Assembly: GCA_040954595.2 (NCBI GenBank)
Contig: CM082585.2
Location: 8,691,649-8,755,648, forward strand
Source: Balanoglossus misakiensis
Taxonomy: Eukaryota; Animalia; Hemichordata
Reading direction: 5' to 3'
DNA: 64,000 nt
Shown: piece by piece, positions 13,626 to 27,900 of the stretch
Numbering within the stretch: the first letter of the stretch is position 1
Layout of the letters: each line of letters opens with the position of its first letter
The notes under the pieces: generated by a model
The model's database searches: none
Told to the model about the DNA's origin: nothing
What the model saw: the letters and a program-made list of their open reading frames with translations, nothing else
Translations under genes and position numbers: made by a program

Positions 13626-16461
13626 GACGGACAGCAATCTAAAACGAAAATAACGCATCAGGAATCAGCTGTGGCAACCAGTGTCTGTTACCTGAACATG
13701 CAAACGAATGACGCCGAGACACAAAGACAAACAAAACTGCCTCACCTCCTGGTGACAGAATTGAGTGGATTTGAGTGTTACCCTCTGAAGTCGCGACTTT
13801 GTGATCGCCGTGGCCTCTTTTTATTTCCTAAAATCCCCAAAAAACATAAGGCCATTTAAAAACAACCACCAAATCAAAATCGACCACGCCGATTAATGGT
13901 GCTAAATGTCTGACATTAACCGTACTTGAGGGGTTAGTTCTATCCATTAGCATGTCTGTATGTCTGTATGGATGGATGGATGGATGGATGCTGGGTGAAC
14001 TGGCAGAGTTAGGCAAAGGTTTCCCACGAACCAAAACAACAATTACAATTAATCATTCTTTTCCCTTTCTTTCAGGTCTACTGCCATATGTTTGGGGAGC
14101 TTCAAAATAGCCCTTGTACTTTCCCCAGTACAATTTTGCCTGATAATTACCATTGTCATTTATTTCCGGGTGGGGACAGTCATCCACTCCACTTGATCAC
14201 AGTTCACGACTGGTCCTGTATACATTTGTGCCGAAACGACACAAGCGCACCACGCAACTGTAAACAAACATGGCTGACATGTGCTGTGTGACAGACTGTG
14301 GTGATGCAGCGCCACCTTACGACTGACTTCAGGGATTAAAGCCACCGTCCAGAACAACAGTCACTGCACGCAGGCGCCGCTAGCGGTGATGTCGCATGTT
14401 GAAAAAAACACCACGGCTTTTATGAGCAGCATCATAAATAAACATGGTGTCAAAAGTCAACGTTTCTACAATAGGTTACTTCGAACAGTGATGGCGCTCC
14501 AAAAGTTCCGCCTTATCACCACCAGAGATAAATTAGCATAAACATGAAAACTGCTGACGATTGTAAACCAACCATGTGGTCGGACTTTGCGAAACATGTT
14601 GTTAGGCCTAATTATTTATCGTCTGGAAAGAGGGGGAGGGCTGGCTTTCACTATTGTGTTTGTATCAGGTTAAAATGAATCGTGTCATACGTTTTTGAGT
14701 GAGAGCTCTTTATGCTTGATATAAACAAACTATAACACACAGTGGTGGCCAGATTAGGTTCTAAAGTAATTTGTCCAAAGGCAAGTCAATAGAGATTTAT
14801 ATTTTTGGGTATTGATATACAAATATTTCAATGTGTTATGAATCAAAATTGGAACACAAAAAGGTTGAAAAATGCAAATGTACACAAAAACTGTACATAA
14901 TTTTTAGTGGACTAAACCCAGGTTTTTTTAATGAAAACAATTTAGGCTAAATCAACCAGGCTCGGGTTAACTATTAAAAACACAGTTTGTATTTCACCAC
15001 GTTGTGTTCACATCCAGTTCCGGGGTATGCATGAAAGTCGGCAAATCAATATGAAAAAAAAATCTAAAAAATGCCGCAATCGACAACGAAATTTAATAGA
15101 CAATTTGTAAAAAGTTACGAGCATTTCCATACTGTTTAACCAGATGCTATCTTCTTCATTCACGACAACATTTACTGCACGTTCGCAATTATTTTCACAT
15201 TTTATATTCGGGAAGGCCAGTCCTAAAAAGGACGCATTTACTTTCCAACATTTTATCTTCTGGAAGGGAAATAACCGTTTCAGTACAATATGGACACTGA
15301 AATAAAATGGAGGGAAAATTAACTGAAATTAATGTCCTATCGTACGTTTCAGCCTATGTACACTGTATTAACACGATAATTAGGGCATCAAAAAAGGGAT
15401 CGTTTAGATACCAGTTTACCTCAAACAAATAGATGGGTTCATATAGTGATTAAACATATAATAAATACATGACATCCATAACTAGAAATTTAGTTTGTAG
15501 CAGATGTTTACGACCGTTGAACTGAGTGAAAATGGTGTACATGTATATGTATAAATCTGTATCTGTGAATCTTTTTAACTTCTTGGCTTATTAGAAGTGT
15601 ATGTTCTTAAAAAGCAACAGGAAACATTGACGGGAAAATCAACTGGGATAAATAGATAACGGGAATAAAACATCATATTTGTTTCTCAGCTGTGATTAAT
15701 TTCAATGTTTTTTTTTTCTAATTTGGCGTGATCGAGAGTCACTGTCCGCGCGCGGGTTGGTCGGTTTGCGTTGTAGTGTGATGTTGCCTGTTGGTGAGGC
15801 TTTGGTTTTTTCTGATGCCAATGAAGTCCCATGAGGGGGGGGGAGAGGGGAGGGGGGGAGAGAGAGAGAGAAAGAGAGAGAGAATGACCGAATTTCAGTC
15901 GTGACTGTGTAGAACAATACCGTATGACTGCATGTATGTCATAAAACAATAATAATAGTTTATTCATATAAAATATAGGCCGTAGGCCTCTGCGGATATA
16001 CCATAAAATTTATTGCAGTAATAATTTAGTAAACTGCGGTTATCTCGCAAAGGGAAAATGGCAATAATGTCTTGATCGATCCTGTGATTGGATGATGTCG
16101 TAGAAAAGTTTCGAAATGGCCTTTCTACGCCCGATGCGAGTCCATGATTCTGATTGGCTGCGAACTTGAAGGAATCAAACGTTCCTGAGCGTTATTCTCA
16201 ATAAAAAGACAGAAAAAACGCTGTATTTTCAGTTCGGAGCGGACACCAGAGATATCTCTCCCGGTGTTAGAAGGTAAGAAGAGTATCCCGCACTCAATCC
16301 CTCTCAGTAATATTGCTTTTATATATTGAATGGTCGAATTCGCATAGAGTAGTTGACTTTTAACATTAGTCACTGAATGCTCAGTCACCCTCGCAAGCAT
16401 TGCTCATCCTAGTGACCGCGAACAATATTTTCTCACATTTTTTTCAGATTATTCCTCCAAA
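13626..16461. promoter_or_regulatory. Divergent intergenic region between the two arylsulfatases; includes a probable 5'UTR intron of paralogue 2 (donor ~16274, acceptor 16447)
   Basis: The two ATGs point away from each other 2.8 kb apart. AG|GTAAGA at ~16274 and TTTTTCAG just before ATG 16462; reverse CCAAT (ATTGG) motifs at ~16087 and ~16153. Confidence 0.4.
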
Positions 16462-16980
16462 ATGAATCTTGCGATAATTGTCTCAGCTTTGCTGTTGGGC
16501 GTCGCTCTTGGCTTCCCCGGTAAGTTGCTGGAAATACCCCGGCCAAAACCACTGGACCTCCACATACAAATGAAGTCATTCAGCCTTGTTTGCTTTTAGA
16601 TGACTGTTCAAAACTTTTTTCCGACAGAGAGACATGCACGTTCAAGTTCATCAAGTTCCTCAAGTTCCGAGGAAGGTACGGTTGGATTTTGAAATTTCGA
16701 CTATCAGTTGCATGCATGGTTGAATCTAACAGGACTGTTTATCCCGACTGTTTATGTAGATACAATAGACCACTTTCCGAACTCTAAGACACAATGACGT
16801 AAGTGTTCTCTCGCACTACTGTCGACAGTATGCGCTTTGCCCAAAAAAACTCTACTTTGAAAATACAGCCTCGTCAACAATATGGTTTATTATTTGTCTG
16901 CAGAAGGGGAAAAGCCACCGCATATCATATTCTTGCTGTCAGACAATTCAGGTAAGTTAAATAGAAGCTTGAGTCAATGC

Positions 16981-17015
<35 letters not shown>

Positions 17016-20000
17016 ACCCTCTCTCGCCTCCTCTCTCTCCCTCCCCCTGCCCACTCTCTCTCGCCCTCTCTCTCTTCCCTCCTTCTCCCGCTCTTTCTGA
17101 TTTATGTGTGAACCAACGAGTATACGAATTCCATTATAATTCCATTTATTTCCTAGGCTGGGCTGATGTTGAATGGAACGATCCCATTGGTATCATGCAC
17201 ACGCCGTACATGAACAACCTAGCGACGAACGGTGTCATTTTAAATCAAACATACGTCCAACCCATTTGCACTCCGTAAGTATTCCCAAATTATGGAACTC
17301 ATGGCGAGGCATCTGGGTTGATGGGGGGGGGGGGCTCTCTCATCTCTGCTATTTTCACATTGGGTTCTGCAAGACCATTCAAATTAGAATATCACAGGTG
17401 AATGTACATGTTTGATGGTCATGATGAATAGTATAACTTATCTAATCGTCTTTCCTCTGTTTTACAGTACCAGGGCTGCCCTGTTGACGGGATATTATCC
17501 TTCACGATACGGTTTAGGAGTAAGTATATAAGCATTCATCTCTGTTAGCCTAAGAATCGTGGCGCATCAACACATCCTATACACTTCCTATAATCGCGTT
17601 TACGATTAAGTACAATTTTCGAATTTCTGCCTTCTTGTGCAAACAGACAGTCTTTTAAGAAAATGCATTCTATTTTTTTCCAGCATGCCATGATCATGCC
17701 ATCACAACCGAGTTATTTGACCCGGGAATTCAAAATTTTGCCGGAATATCTCAAGGAGCTGGGCTACGTAAATCACATTGTGGGAAAGTAAGTAAATCAA
17801 GCAATATAGCAATGTTTAAGGTAGAATGCAAGCAACAGCTAACAAAAATAAACTTATTATTATATCATGTATGTACTGTCTCATTTCAGGTGGCATCTTG
17901 GAGCTTGCCGTTGGGACGTCACACCATTACATCGTGGATTTGACACCCACTTTGGCCCACACCACGGCTATATCGACTACTACACTCACTCCAGTAGGTT
18001 CCATTTATCCTCTAACCGCTCAGTTTTGATGTCGTAACTGCATGCGCCTTCGCACTGAAGTACCACAGGACCGTACCTCACTTGTTGCATTACAGGAAAC
18101 TATATTATCAGGAATCTATATATTCACGTTAAACCTCTTTTGAATGTACGTTGCAGTTTCCGTCTATGCCCCCGAAAATCAGTTACTCGGACAAGACCCA
18201 GGCGAAGTGGCGCTTGATTTCCATGACAACACTGGGGCAGTTTTCCACAATCGAGGGACACACGCGAGTGTAAGATTCTATTTATTTATTTTTTTTGGCT
18301 GTCCTTATATTCACGCCAAGGTTAGGGGGTAACCTCAACCGATTTGGTGCTGTAAGCTACGGGTTCAAGTCCTCCTCTAGATACTGGTATATGACTTATT
18401 AGAATACTGGGGTTGAAGCTAGATGATATTGAAAATTGGCACGACACTTAATGCTCCGGACACGCTCTAGACACATTCTACTGTACCACAGCACCACCAC
18501 TACCACCACCAGTAGCAGCAGCAGCAACAACAACAGCAACGATTGTTTTGCTTTTATGTTTTAGGAATTCACAGGGGAAAGAGCCGTGAACCTAATTCGC
18601 AACCACAACCCAAACACACCGATGTTCATGTACATGAGTTTCCTCCTGCCGCATTTCCCTTTCCAAGTGAGTATCTTTTGACGATGATGTTTTATCTGCC
18701 GACTTCCCTTTCGTAGCCAACTAGCTTTATATATACGTTCACTTAAGTGTTCCGCCCTTTTTCGCCCTCCATAAACCGACTAAGGAAACAGCGTCTATGT
18801 TATCTTCACAGGTTCCTGATCGTTTCAAGAATCTGTATTATCCCATGCCAGTACCAGGCCTCCAGGAATACCGCGGTGAGTAAATCATTTACCGTTAACG
18901 TATAGTACGCACCCCGGGACAAATTTTCAAAGAAAAAAATTACAGATTAAAATTCTTTGCTATACTAAACCGCGACGCGTGAGAAGTCTTTTAAAAACAA
19001 AGATGAAAACGGGATGTTCGCTGTCGAGTTTCCATCATGAAAATCGATAGACTTAACACAGAGATTGGCATTCCCACTGTGATTCTTTTTCTTGTTTGTT
19101 TCAGGAATGATATCAATGGTGGATGAGATTGTCGGAAATATAACTAACGCATTGATAGATAACGATATGTACGACAACAGTGTGATCGTGTACCTCAGTG
19201 ACGTAAGTATACCTATTGCCTTGGTGAAGATGTCAGACTCGGTCGTGTGTGCAGACGGGCACGACTGTCTTTTCTGTTTACATATTTTGAATATTGCAGG
19301 ATTTTTTACGCTAGCTTTTGTTTCCTCCTCCTTCAGAATGGCGGCCCGTGGTTCTTTGGAACTCAGTGGCCACTGCGTGGGGGTCTGGCGACTCCATTTG
19401 AGGGCGGGGTGAGATCCACAGCATTTGTACATAGTCCCCTTCTGGAGCAAACGGGCTACGTAAACAACGAGTGAGTATAAAACGACTGATTCGATGCAGT
19501 TAAGGCAAACATTTTCTTACTCTATCGGTAAATTCTCCGGTCATTTTTTATAGTACGTGGTACCTGTCAATGTAAGGATACCTCTCTCACAACCCTTGCT
19601 TTTCTTGTCAGCGATGGTACGGATGAGTTAGGTGCGCCTCATTTTGCATCTTTTGTGGGTTGCACATTAAATTGTTGTATTTTCCAGGTTGATCCACATC
19701 ACCGATTTCTTCCCAACACTCTTAAAGTTAGCAGGAGGAACTCCCGGTAAGACGTATTCGCATTAATTAACTACTATCAATTTAATAAGAAGTAACAACA
19801 GACATACAAATGGGACATTTTGTTGTTAATGTTGTTTTAAATAACTTTAACCCACTCTCGTTTCTTCTCTTTTCTTGTCCACTTTTGGTCTTGCCTTGCC
19901 TCTGTTCGACGAATATAACGATATCTAGAGGTGGGTTTGGACGGAATGGATGTCTGGGACACCATATCGAGGAACGAACCATCGCCCAGAAGTACGGTTC

Positions 20001-21269
20001 TGCTGCATCAGGATACACACTTCACGAGCGCGTGCACGGTCATAAGGTATTCCTCGATTTCAGATCGGCTTGCAGCGCTAAGACGTACTGTAGAACGTGT
20101 CAGTATGTTGTTTTAGCTATTTTCCTCACCTTTACACGAAAGAAACATTTCTTTTCAAAAGCTAGTCTTATCATAACTCGTCCAATGGCAGACAGATTAT
20201 GAATATGCGTCAAAGAATACCTAATCGTGACGTAGGCCTAACCGCACTTTTCATCATTATGTAGTTACCGTTAAAGTTGACACAACTCTTCAAATGACAC
20301 GATAATCGAAATTAAACACGCGTGTTTTTTGTTTCCTCAGGGATGGAGATTACAAATTGATCGATGGACGATATGACGTCATCAGAAACATCACTATGGC
20401 CGTTGACAACGTACCAACGGGTAAGGCAACCAATGAATAAAATGAAATTGTCTCAAATTCAAAATGGCCGCCAATCTCTGTGTTAAGTCTATGGAGAAAA
20501 ATAAAGTAGCGATTTCCATGACAAACAGACGGTGAAACACCTTGTTTTCTTCTTTGTTTTCAATAAGACTCCCCACACAGTTTAAGATATCAAAGAAATG
20601 ACAAGTTTGAAGAACTATCGTTCTGCAAATCTGTCCCCGGGGAGGTAACTTCCCCCCTCCGAATGGTAACTTCGTCCTCACTTACTTTATTTTCTCCAAT
20701 GCTATCTGCTCTTCAGATTCCTGGTTTCCGCCACCTGAACTAGTGGGAACAGTGACTGTACCACCTGGCCACGTTCCAAAGAACGGAACTCTACTCTATA
20801 ACATAGCAGGTAAAACTTGCGCGATTTCACATCATGTTTCCCTGTAAGGCTGTTGTCTCAAATGTGTTCTAAGGCTCTTCTTACGAGCATCAACTACAAT
20901 TTCTAAGTTGTCTCAACATGCGAGCCTTGTTGGAATGCCAAGTGCCCGGATTCCGATTAGAGGGCGGATATAAAGTCAGGGCTCGAGAGAGAGCCACTAA
21001 CCTTCATTTGCATATTATTTGCATATATCATGCATTGTGCGCATGATGCAAACTCAATATTCTATTCCTCTGCAGAGGATCCTCTTGAAATCAACAACTT
21101 GGCGGGGGCTAATATGACGGTAGAGATGGCGGCAAAGGTGGAGGAGCTTCGCCAGCTGGCTGCTCAGATAACTGCCGGCGACCCTGAGCCATTCTTCCCA
21201 GACAGTACGCCAGAAATTGCCGATCCCAATGCATTTTACGATAGCACCTGGACACCCGGCTGGTGTTAG
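16462..21269 (+). CDS. Arylsulfatase B-like sulfatase, paralogue 2, ~512 aa, 16 coding exons (16462-16519, 16904-16951, 17157-17274, 17468-17519, 17684-17787, 17890-17993, 18157-18269, 18565-18666, 18812-18875, 19105-19202, 19337-19470, 19688-19746, 19929-20046, 20341-20420, 20717-20809, 21076-21269)
   Basis: Signal peptide MNLAIIVSALLLGVALG; [13 protein letters not shown]; QPICTP|TRAALLTG; GK|WHLG; PHFPFQVP; VYLSD|NGG; [16 protein letters not shown]; LIHITDFFPTL; TWTPGWC*. Exon total is 1539 nt and in frame. Confidence 0.95.
16983..17097 (+). repeat. (CT)n / pyrimidine-rich microsatellite in intron 2 of arylsulfatase paralogue 2
   Basis: Perfect CT run followed by degenerate CT/CCCT repeats. 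Confidence 0.9.
18486..18540 (+). repeat. Compound CAC/CAG/CAA trinucleotide repeat (intronic)
   Basis: CACCACCACTACCACCACCAGTAGCAGCAGCAGCAACAACAACAGCAAC. Confidence 0.8.
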
Positions 21270-21698
21270 TCACTAAACTGGACGGGCCAAGCGAGATGTG
21301 TCATTTGTCGCGCACGTAGAACTTGCACTGGTTTTAGAACTGAATGCTGTATGTAGGAAATATGTCAAAAGATGCCTTTTACTGTGAAGAAGTGTACATC
21401 ATGTGCATTTTTAAAAAGGTTTTGACCTAATTCGATAATTAAAGTCTCAGAGCATGGTAAACACTTGTTGGCGTGATTTCTTTCGGGAGAGTGTACTGAG
21501 AAACAGAACGGGTTCTGTGGAGTGTCTTGCTGCATATCTCATTGCAAACGTTTTTTTACTACAGTAGACTGTCTTTGTCGGCTGGCTATACTCTCTGGTT
21601 TGTCAGCCCCAATCTGAAGTGAAGACGGCAATCAAAAACTCTAGCTCTAAGCCCCAACTCAACGAAATGAGGCACTGCAAGTGATGTTTCCATCAGGC

Positions 21699-21791
21699 TT
21701 AACCCTTTCACCACCATGGTTCAGGCCAAACCCATTGTTTTCTATGGTAAGGTTGCACCTCTAAAGAAGGAACTGGGAGTGAAAGGGTTAA
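21699..21791 (+). mobile_element. ~85-bp piggyBac-type MITE, complete copy
   Basis: TTAA|CCCTTTCACC ... GTGAAAGGG|TTAA: TTAA target duplication and CCCT termini typical of piggyBac. Confidence 0.8.
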
Positions 21792-21923
21792 AAAATCAAT
21801 GTTTTGTCCAGCGAAGTCTGCGCCATGTCAGCTCTACAGCACTACTAGAGTCTTCTCAAAATAGTCTTTCCAAAAAGTTTTCATGAGATGAAGGCTCCGT
21901 GAGATCTTCTACCCAACACTGCC

Positions 21924-24413
<2,490 letters not shown>

Positions 24414-24900
24414 ACAACGTCCGATTCTGTCACTACAACGTGTGATGCACAGTATCAGAACCACAACACGACGTCACACTTACGAACTATTACTAACCTG
24501 TGTATTTAGGTGAAAACGCGTTCCCTTCATTTACACTGATGCAGATAGGTAAACGTCATGTGTTGCTTTTCCAGCTACCGTCCCAAACGGGTCTGATAAA
24601 ATGTGTGTTAGGTGTATTTTCTGTTCAGAAGAGAAAAAACAATATCACACATCTACACTCAACAAAATGGTGGATGCCTCTGAGGTCACAGGTCAAAGTA
24701 ATGCATGATGGGTAGTGAATGTTTGCTCTTGTATGATTTCTCAATCTTTCTGAGGAATAACTGAGTCAATTATTTTTTTAAAAACTATATTTATTAAAAA
24801 AATACTCTTTAATCAAATTAAAGCCGGTTTTTAAACTTTGGATTGCATTGCATATTGTCGGTTTCGTTTGTAAACAACGTTTCTATGGGAGCAATCCAAG
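24414..24900. promoter_or_regulatory. Bidirectional promoter region shared by NKAP and XRRA1
   Basis: Start codons are divergent and ~490 bp apart. Forkhead-like TGTAAACAA (24869-24877), X-box-like GTTTCTATGGGAGC (24879-24892) and YY1-like CAAGATGGCGG overlapping the XRRA1 ATG. Confidence 0.55.
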
Positions 24901-27900
24901 ATGGCGGTGCCCGCTGGCGTCAAACTCGATGACGGGACGGGAGGTTATGCTGCAAATTGTTTCCCAGTGAGGGGATTTTTTGGACAGGCGGACGATGGTT
25001 CGTAATCATGAAGTCTTCTTTTATCACACGATTCGATTTCAGTGTATCGTTTACTGTTGAAATGATACGATTTCATTTATACGAATTATCATCTATGCCT
25101 TGTAAGTTGTACATGATGACTGTGGCACCGAGTTGTTCGGTTGCACAGTCTCTGATCGTTTTTTCCAAAGCAGAAAGATCTTTCTTGTTTGATCGAACGG
25201 CGAGAACGCAGGAGTTTAGCTGCTCTACAAAACATAGGCTTTCAAAGTTGCCCCTGCACCAAACCCTCATGCAACTGTCAGTGGACATTGGACCAGGAAG
25301 TTTAGTGTTTACTTTCTCCTCATCACCCAAGTTTATGGATGTACATCATGTATGTACCAGAGGACGTCCATGATTGTACTGGGATATGTACTTTCAGACA
25401 ATACCGAGTGTCAGTGTTTCTAATGAACTGATACCCAAGAGATATCTGTAGACGTACTACACTACACTACATTACACTACACTACACTACACTACACTAG
25501 TCTAGTGACTGTAGACAAAAATGAGTACAAAACATGTAATGATAAGAGGAAACACTTTTCACTCAATTTGATAACATTGTATCCTCAGCATTCGGCGGCG
25601 CCTGGTTGGTTGCACATAGGGCTGAACAGAGGAGGAGATTTAAAGCAATACTCTGCACAAAACCCAAAACCTATGAACAGCTGAAAGAAGAGAGGAAACA
25701 AAGAGAAAAGGCAGAAAAGCGACAGGCATCAGCATCCAGTCAGACAGAAGATGACGACACAGCAGGCCTTCTTGATGGCTTCTTTATGGTACGTTAGCTA
25801 CCACGTCATTTTAGTTAGTAGCTGAAAATCCCAGATAATCTTGGTAATGAACTTAATCAGCCAAATATGTTACAACACACAATTCTGAAGACTCAAAGAA
25901 GTATACCAGTATGTGTATGTTTTGATGAAAAATGTAGAATACAAGTATACTGGTTCATTTTAATTTATACGTTCATTTACAGATGAAGCACTGCTGTGTT
26001 GAGGACCCGTCGGATGTGTGCGCTGTCAACGTCAGTGGTCAAGACTTAGTTGAGGCCAGGGAGGAAGATTTTCAACTCTTCGACAATGTTGCCTACGTCA
26101 GTGCTGCTGAAAACCTCCTGCCTTTTGGTAAGTAACATTCACTGTTACACACTATAACGCTTTTGTTAAACAACGACCATTTCTAGTCTCAGTGGGGTTT
26201 TTTTGCTGTAAAGGTTGGAGAACGATGGTGAATGATTTGGGAACCCAAGTTGCATCTTTGATAACAACCCGTCTTCCATTTCTTTATTACAGAGGCCTTC
26301 AAACATTTTCCAATAATAAGAGAATTAGAGTTACCAGTAAATGGACTTAGAAATTTAAAAATTGAATTGGATGATTTTCCATACTTAGAGGTAAGCAAAA
26401 CGTCAAATTATAACGATTTAACCAAGATTTTGGTTCAACCTGGTTATTCTCAATCAGGCAGGTACAGGCCCAGAACATTTCTAAAGGTTGAGCAAGTTTC
26501 GTTTCCAAGTTTGAAATAATGTTTCCATCTCCATGCTGTTTTATTTCAGGTGCTGGATTTATCGTTCAATAATTTATCACAAGAAGACATACTGAACATT
26601 GGAATTTTGCCTAAAATTAAAGTGTTACACTTGTCCGGGAATGGACTGACATCATTGCCTTCTGAGATGGCACAGCCTGTACGAGTGAAAGATGAGTAAG
26701 TGAAATGTGTTGATCAGGGAAAGAGCAGGATAGAACTACGTACATGAGTGCTTGATTTGCTTACAAGTGCAGAGGAGATTTCTCCAAGAGAAGAAATGAA
26801 ACAGATGCTGATGGACCCAATCGACATGGTGCAGTCGAGGGAGTGGAAAACACTAATCCACGCCGTTTAACCCTTACAACAACATGGTTTGGTCCAAATC
26901 CATCGTATCCAAATACACATACCAAGAATTGTCCACACGTATACCAACACATCGATAGACAGCAATAGCTTCTGGATATGTTGTGTCACTAGGGGTTGAC
27001 TTCGGTAGCAATTTGTTGTCGAGCATTCGAATTACTGTTGACGTCAGCCCCATAGTTACACAGAAAATTCAGCTAAGCTGGAATTCACTATTCAGCTAAG
27101 CTGGAATTTACTATTTTGGTTACATATATAACTGTACATATTTGTTATTTGTTTGTAATTTTGTAGGAGTTAAGGGCATCAGGTCTCACTATGAAAGGAT
27201 GGTCAGTTTGAGACAGAGTGTAAGCCCTGATTTTCCCTTTGAACAAGGTTCTTTGATCTCCAGTGTTTCTTCCTGGTAATTTACTGGATATATTCTGTTC
27301 CTTTTAGGGAATTATCTGGAAAAATATCCCGGTTTGCCAGTCTGGAGATTCTATACCTCGATGAGAACAAGCTGACAGACATGACAACGTTTGCAAATTT
27401 AGCTGGACTGAGAAAGTAAGTGGGTAATGATTTTCCTGTGAAGGCTGATATGAAAGATTGTGCATAGAGTGTAGCGCTTGGAAGTAAATACGGGTGTCCA
27501 CCCAGTTTGTTATACACATGTACACTGTCATTTTTTTCTCCAGGCTGAAAAGACTCTACCTTGACAAAAACAAAATTTATTCCGTGCCCCACCTGAGAGC
27601 TGTCGGTGGCAAGATGGTGGAGAGCGAACCGCCGTCTTTAGCCACCACACCGCGCCATGCCACGCCGCGAACCATCGGTGAGAGCGGCAGTCTGCCATCC
27701 AGCCGCAAGTCCAGCCGGGGAGCCAGCAGGAAAAGTAGCAAACTTGACCTTGAAGGTGGGTCAGATTTCGGGGTGTTTTTCTTGTACGAGACACAAGCTA
27801 CAAATGCATGTATCACTAACCAACCACTATCTGCGCATATCTCCTGCATTTTTGACGAAAATTATGTATATCACAAAATCTTGAGAATAATTCATTAATT

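Noticed and set aside
27067-27115. 23-bp direct tandem duplication in an XRRA1 intron
   Set aside because: Only two adjacent units with no spacers; slippage, not CRISPR-like.
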